NCBI GenBank assembly: GCA_965215505.1
Contig: OZ244065.1
Location: 1,344,001 to 1,408,000, forward strand
Length of the DNA stretch: 64,000 bases
From: Capsulimonadaceae bacterium
Lineage (GTDB): Bacteria > Armatimonadota > Armatimonadia > Armatimonadales > Capsulimonadaceae
Direction: 5' to 3'
A program made the translations under genes and the position numbers. Position 1 is the stretch's first letter. Each line of letters opens with the position of its first letter. Shown one piece after another: positions 59,202-64,000 of the stretch. Below the pieces are notes generated by a model. That model had not been told where the DNA came from, made no database searches, and was given only the letters and a program-made list of their open reading frames with translations.

Positions 59202-61217
59202 GTGAACAGACCGTCATCCAGCCGCCCGCAGGCCGCACTCTTTTTTCTCCTCTGTGCCGCGCTCCCCGGCGCGGTCCACGCCCAGAGTCCTGCGGCGGTC
59301 GTGCCTGCCGTCGTGCCCCGCGCCCTCAGCCAGAAGGCGTTGCCGGCCTCAGACAGCCGACTGGACCGCCCCGTCACCCTCGACCTCATCAGCGTTCCAC
59401 TCAGCGAAGTGCTGCAACAGCAAAGCCTGGACAAGAGTACCGACAAGATGGAGGACGGCCACCGCTTCCTGCTCTCCGCCGCCCCCGACTGCGCCGACCT
59501 CAAGCTCCAGGTGCGTCTGAATAATCGCCCCCTGCGGACACTGATGACCGCCCTGGCCGAGATGGTGCCGGGCGTGTGGACGCCGACGCCGCACGGCTAC
59601 CAGCTTTCCATGACCAAGCAGGCCGCCGACGCGCGTTCGGAGTGGTGGCGGCTGTTCCTGGGCGAGCGTGAGAAGGCGCTGGCCTTGCAGCGTCAGGCGG
59701 TGCTGGCCGCCATGCAGACCAAAGCCGAGCGGCGCAAGGCGAGTGACCCGGACCCGGAGGAGCCGTCGGATCCTGCCGTGGAGGAAGACGTGGCGAATCA
59801 GCACGACTTTTTCCATTCGCTGCCCGAGACGCTGAAGGAGCAGATCGCCGCCAACATGGAAGAGAACTCCTTCTACGGGTTGGATGACATGAGGTGGGGG
59901 ACCGACGAAGAGCAATGCGGGGCCGTCGGGTGGCTGAGTCAGATGTCGCCGCAGACGCAGGAGAAGTTCAAGGCGGCGATGCAGGCCAACGTGGGCCGCA
60001 TGGCGCAGGCCCCACCGGTCTATCAGAAGTACGCGGTGCAGGCGCAGAAGGACCTGACGGCTTTCGACCCGAGCAGGGTCTATTTCTCGTTCCAGAACGG
60101 GGGCACGGGCGTTCTAGCAATCCCCTTCAACGCCCCACCGTCGGCCAGCGCGATCCTGGATGTCAGAGTTCCTATGGCCCCAAGTACCCCGCTTCTGATG
60201 CTAAAGCAGGAGCCGCTCGCCCGCGCCGTACAGCAGATGGGGAAGGAAGCGCCGGAAGAGTGGAGGCGGCTGGCCGCCTATCAGCGGAGCCGCGTCTGGC
60301 CCAACGCCCTGCCCAAGCTGCCGCCCGATGACCACACCGCCTACCACCCCTCGATCAGCCGTGCGGCACAGATGGACTGGCTGGGGGAGCGGGGGCACAT
60401 GGAGTACGTCTGCGACTACTACTCGCGCGGCGGCTATGAGATGCCCGCCGCGCAGAAGAAGCTGCCGGTCAAGCGCCCCCTGGCGACGGAACTCGACGAG
60501 ATGGCCGCGCGCAAGGATGTGAGCTGGACGAAGGACGCGGACGGCGTGTACCTGGTGCGCGACAACCGGTGGTATCGGGACGACGGCCTGGAGGTGCCCC
60601 AGCCTTTGCTGCGGCGCTGGTTCGGCGCGTTCCTCCGAGACTTCGGCCAAGGGGTGCCACAGACGCTTCAGACGCCCGAAGAGCGATTGGCGGCGATGCG
60701 GCGGAATTGGGACTGGGCGGCAGAGGTGTTCAGCACTCTGACGCCGTGGCAGATTCGCAATGGTCTGGCTTTGTTCCAGCCGGAAGAGAAGGACTTGGCC
60801 CCGCAGAATGACGCCATGGAGGTGAAGATCAATGCGCCTCTAGAACATCCCGTTCCAAGTGGCACCGTGCCGCCCGATTATGATCTTTATCAGATCGGGC
60901 TTCGGCAGCCCCCGCTCTCCTCAACAGTCAACATCATCAAGGGATACCCGCACACGATCCTGTTCTACAGCGGCTTGGACGACGCCGGGCGGACGGCACT
61001 GCTGGACGGACGCCTGCCGGCCTCGGCCCTCAGCGCGGCGCAGGTGGCGCAGGCGACCGCCTTGCAGCCGTTTCTGCCGTCGGCCATGCAGAACTTCCCG
61101 CCCGCATCGGTGTTCCTGGGCCTGCGCTCTCGCATGGACACCGCTCCACAGCACGTCTCGTTCGGGTACGTCCCGCCGTCGCGACTGGAACTCTCCACGC
61201 CGCAGACCGCCCCATAG
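59202..61217 (+). CDS. secreted hypothetical protein with N0/STN-like segments
   Basis: AGGAGG then GTG; signal peptide; DSRLDRPVTL..PLSEVL..PLRTLM..W. Confidence 0.65.
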   Translation: MNRPSSSRPQAALFFLLCAALPGAVHAQSPAAVVPAVVPRALSQKALPASDSRLDRPVTLDLISVPLSEVLQQQSLDKSTDKMEDGHRFLLSAAPDCADLKLQVRLNNRPLRTLMTALAEMVPGVWTPTPHGYQLSMTKQAADARSEWWRLFLGEREKALALQRQAVLAAMQTKAERRKASDPDPEEPSDPAVEEDVANQHDFFHSLPETLKEQIAANMEENSFYGLDDMRWGTDEEQCGAVGWLSQMSPQTQEKFKAAMQANVGRMAQAPPVYQKYAVQAQKDLTAFDPSRVYFSFQNGGTGVLAIPFNAPPSASAILDVRVPMAPSTPLLMLKQEPLARAVQQMGKEAPEEWRRLAAYQRSRVWPNALPKLPPDDHTAYHPSISRAAQMDWLGERGHMEYVCDYYSRGGYEMPAAQKKLPVKRPLATELDEMAARKDVSWTKDADGVYLVRDNRWYRDDGLEVPQPLLRRWFGAFLRDFGQGVPQTLQTPEERLAAMRRNWDWAAEVFSTLTPWQIRNGLALFQPEEKDLAPQNDAMEVKINAPLEHPVPSGTVPPDYDLYQIGLRQPPLSSTVNIIKGYPHTILFYSGLDDAGRTALLDGRLPASALSAAQVAQATALQPFLPSAMQNFPPASVFLGLRSRMDTAPQHVSFGYVPPSRLELSTPQTAP

Positions 61218-61219
61218 GA

Positions 61220-61277
61220 GGGCGCGATGAATCGCGCCCCTACGAAACACCACGGTAGGGGCGGGGTTTCCCCGCCC
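61220..61277. repeat. pair of GTAG-type REPs
   Basis: gggcgcgatgaatcgcgcccCTAC and GTAGgggcggggtttccccgccc. Confidence 0.75.
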
Positions 61278-61291
61278 GCCTCTTTCTCCGC

Positions 61292-62581
61292 CTATTCTAC
61301 GCTGTGGTGGAACCCCGCCGCCGCCAGCCCGCGTTCCATGTTGGGGTCGGTTCTCAGCAGCCGCCAGACCAGGCCGGTGCGGGCGTTCTCGGTCGCCAGC
61401 AGCATCATCCCCAGGTCGATGCCGATCACGTCGGGGTCGTACCAGCCCTTGTCCACGTTGAAGGCGTTGGAATAGCCGTAACGGCCCCAGAGGTCGCCGC
61501 CGTGCTTTTGCCAGAGGGCGTCAAGCGCGGCCCGCGACGGGCCGGGGGTGAAAAGAAGACCGGCAAGCATGGCCGTCGGCGAGACGGTGCCGTCGTCGTG
61601 GCCGGGCGCGGGCCAGTTCGCCCCGTAGCCGACCGGGGGCGGCTGGTCGTTGGCGCTGACGCCCCAGAAGCCCTCGGCATGGGTCTTGCGGCCGTCGGGG
61701 TTGCGCGCGCAGTAGGCGATGTCGGCGCGGTGCGCGTCCCGCCAGGCCGCCCACCAGTCCCGCCCCTGGCGGTCCCGCAGGCCGCGCAGGTCGCAGAAGC
61801 CGGGTGCCATCTGGGCCATGAACAGCGGCTCGGCCCCGCCGAACACGGCGTAGCCTTCCAGACGCGCCGGTCTTACGTCCCAGGCGTCCCAGGACCGCGC
61901 CAGGAGCGGGTGCGTGCGCGACCCCAGGGCGAGCCAGTAGAGGAAAGACGCTTCGCTGTAGCCCTGCCAGCGCGACTTGATCCAGCTGTCTTCCGGCTTC
62001 CAGCCCATCGAGAGCGATGGGGGGCGAGACACAGAATCGCCCGCGTCGCGCATCCAGGGCCAGTCCGCCCGGTCCGTCAAGGCGTCGGCGAGCCGCTGCA
62101 CTTCCGAACCGGGCCAGAAGTCGCCCGCCACGCGCGCGCCCATCAGCAGCAGGGCCGTGTCCACGGAAGACAGCTCGCACTTCCAGACGCGCGCCCCCGT
62201 CGCCTTGTCCACGAAGTGGAAGTAGAACCCGTGACGGTTCTCCATCTTGTTCCGGACGAAACGCAGCGTGGTCAGGGCGCGGGCGTAGGCCGCCTTCCGG
62301 CTGACCCAGCCGTGGGAGACGCCGACCGGCAGGGCGGCGAGCGCATACCCGGTCGCCGCCGTGGAGGCGACCGTATAGGCGTCCGGCTTGCCGGGCAGGT
62401 TCCGCGCCCGGTCTTTGGTCAGACCGGTCTTGGGGTCGCTCTCGTCCCAGAAGAAGTCGAACGCCCGGTGCTGCACCGTCTCCAGCGTCGGGGCCTGGGC
62501 ACGGGGCGGGGCGGGCGGGAGCGCAGCCGCCGGCGTCTGGGCGGCCAGCAGAACCGCCCAAGCGAGGAAAAGGCGCTTCAT
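61292..62581 (-). CDS. glucoamylase-family / GH144 beta-1,2-glucanase-like protein
   Basis: AFDFFW, ASTAATGYAL, GFYFHF, ELSSVDTALL, IGIDLG..ENARTG; start trimmed to MKRLFL. Confidence 0.82.
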   Translation of the reverse strand: MKRLFLAWAVLLAAQTPAAALPPAPPRAQAPTLETVQHRAFDFFWDESDPKTGLTKDRARNLPGKPDAYTVASTAATGYALAALPVGVSHGWVSRKAAYARALTTLRFVRNKMENRHGFYFHFVDKATGARVWKCELSSVDTALLLMGARVAGDFWPGSEVQRLADALTDRADWPWMRDAGDSVSRPPSLSMGWKPEDSWIKSRWQGYSEASFLYWLALGSRTHPLLARSWDAWDVRPARLEGYAVFGGAEPLFMAQMAPGFCDLRGLRDRQGRDWWAAWRDAHRADIAYCARNPDGRKTHAEGFWGVSANDQPPPVGYGANWPAPGHDDGTVSPTAMLAGLLFTPGPSRAALDALWQKHGGDLWGRYGYSNAFNVDKGWYDPDVIGIDLGMMLLATENARTGLVWRLLRTDPNMERGLAAAGFHHSVE

Positions 62582-62598
62582 CGTGGTCCCCACAGGCT

Positions 62599-63363
62599 CT
62601 AGTCGTTGTTTGGGTACTTCTTGAGGTTGGTGAGCAGCGTGTAGGTCCAGTCCCCTGGGTCCGCCGCCGCCGCCGCCGCGTTGAAGCGCCACTCGTTGAT
62701 GCCGTTCGTCTCCACGAACGTCTCGATCAGGCGGCGATACTTGACGTGGCCGTCCATGTAGATGATGTTGCCGGCCTTCTTGTTGTGCCCGCTGTTGTAC
62801 TCCGAAGGGCCGCCGAACGCCCCGCCGTCCGTCGCCGGCTCGCTGTAGCCGAGGTAGGGGCCGACGTCCGGGTACTTGTAGCTGTCCTCGATGATGATCA
62901 GCGAGGAGGAAGGCTGGTCCAGCCCGGCCAGGAGCTGGGGGTATCCCGCGCCGTGCCCGAACTTGGCCGAGAGGAAGCCGTCGGGCAGCCACATGGCGTA
63001 GCCGGCGGGGAAGACGCCGCCCGTGTCTTTGTTCTGGGCGGCCGGGTTGGAAGGGCACCGGAACACTTCTTTGCTCTTGATGTAGGCGTTCAAAGCATCC
63101 TTCCAGTTGCGCTGGTGGCCGTCCGCAGGGTCCAGGTCGGAGTACCGCTCCGGGAAGAACTCGTCGTTGTCCTGGACGTACTGCATCAGGCCCAGGCCGA
63201 TCTGCTTCTCGTTGGAGGCGCAGGCGGCCCGCCGCGCGTTCTCGCGCACTTTCTGGAAGACGGGGAACAGGATGGCGGCAAGTATCGCGATGATCGCGAT
63301 GACAACGAGCAGTTCGATGAGCGTGAAGCCGCTCTTCCGGGAGGATCTGGGGGAAGGTTTCAT
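62599..63363 (-). CDS. prepilin-type DUF1559/H-X9-DG protein
   Basis: [45 protein letters not shown]. Confidence 0.92.
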   Translation of the reverse strand: MKPSPRSSRKSGFTLIELLVVIAIIAILAAILFPVFQKVRENARRAACASNEKQIGLGLMQYVQDNDEFFPERYSDLDPADGHQRNWKDALNAYIKSKEVFRCPSNPAAQNKDTGGVFPAGYAMWLPDGFLSAKFGHGAGYPQLLAGLDQPSSSLIIIEDSYKYPDVGPYLGYSEPATDGGAFGGPSEYNSGHNKKAGNIIYMDGHVKYRRLIETFVETNGINEWRFNAAAAAADPGDWTYTLLTNLKKYPNND

Positions 63364-63389
63364 GGTTTTCTCCTCGTGACGGGACAGCG

Positions 63390-64000
63390 TTAATGCAGGC
63401 GACCACAGGAGTCGCGCTCTTGCAGTGTCGGGGCGAACAGAAGATGGCGGTCGGCAACCGCCTCACGGCGAACCACCTGCCTCAGCAGGGTGACTCCGGC
63501 CACGGCCATGTCGTAGACCGGCTGGCGGATACTGGATAGGCGCGGGGAGGCATGGTCGCACATCCGGGTGCCATCAAAGCCGATCACGGAGACGTCTTCC
63601 GGCACGCGCCGGCCGAGCCGTTCACGCAGCACGCGCACCGCCTGGAGGGCCGCGTCGTCGCTCCACGCGAAGATCGCCGTCGGCGGCTCCGCCTGCCCCA
63701 TGACGGCGAGGAACGGGGCGATGTCACCGCCCCCGTAGGTCATCTCGCATTCCCACGCGGGGCTTGGGACAGCCCCTTTCGCCCGCAGGGCGGCGCGATA
63801 CCCCTCCAGCCGGTCCATCGCCGCCGCCGAGTGGTGCGAGCCGGACAGGTGCGCGATCCTCCGGTGACCCAGGCCCCAGAGGTATTCCACGGCCAGGCGC
63901 GCGCCCGCCTCGTTGTCGCAGTCCACGGAGCAGGCGTCCACGAGGGCCGAGCGGCTGAAAATCTGGACGAACGGGAAGCCGCGCGCCGTCAGCCGCTCGG
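63390..64000 (-). CDS. LacI-family regulator (C-terminal part; runs off window)
   Basis: [35 protein letters not shown]. Confidence 0.9.
   Translation of the reverse strand, partial: ERLTARGFPFVQIFSRSALVDACSVDCDNEAGARLAVEYLWGLGHRRIAHLSGSHHSAAAMDRLEGYRAALRAKGAVPSPAWECEMTYGGGDIAPFLAVMGQAEPPTAIFAWSDDAALQAVRVLRERLGRRVPEDVSVIGFDGTRMCDHASPRLSSIRQPVYDMAVAGVTLLRQVVRREAVADRHLLFAPTLQERDSCGRLH

Noticed and set aside
61292-63466. 724-aa ORF suggesting a fusion over the DUF1559 gene
   Set aside because: Upstream part is an alternative frame of the DUF1559 gene; the hydrolase signal peptide starts at 62581

Overview
GC-rich bacterial chromosomal window. The gene repertoire (two prepilin/DUF1559 genes, a DUF6785-type transporter, short secretin-like proteins, many secreted glycoside hydrolases) suggests Armatimonadota/Capsulimonas-like origin, by inference only. 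About 58 CDS: housekeeping genes (pgl, acnA, upp, gdhA, ddpX, GH57 branching enzyme, mannose-1-P guanylyltransferase/PMM), many CAZymes (GH26, GH27, GH27-GH30-CBM13, GH125, GH130, GH144-like, GxGYxYP), and TA-type modules. Main non-gene structures: (1) an integrase-less integron-like cassette array with two canonical attC sites after acnA (14.5-15.4 kb) leading into a GxGYxYP gene; (2) a HEPN gene with an atypical partner plus a decayed partner copy; (3) a ~157-bp direct repeat of the gdhA 5' end flanking a MetE-like gene; (4) four REPIN-like doublets with one architecture but different sequences, plus GTAG-type REPs; (5) a tandem pair of miniature secretin-like genes, one apparently domain-permuted; (6) DUF1559 genes inside nutrient-utilisation operons. 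No rRNA, tRNA, CRISPR array, integrase or intact transposase was recognised. All family calls come from motif recognition by eye, not database searches.
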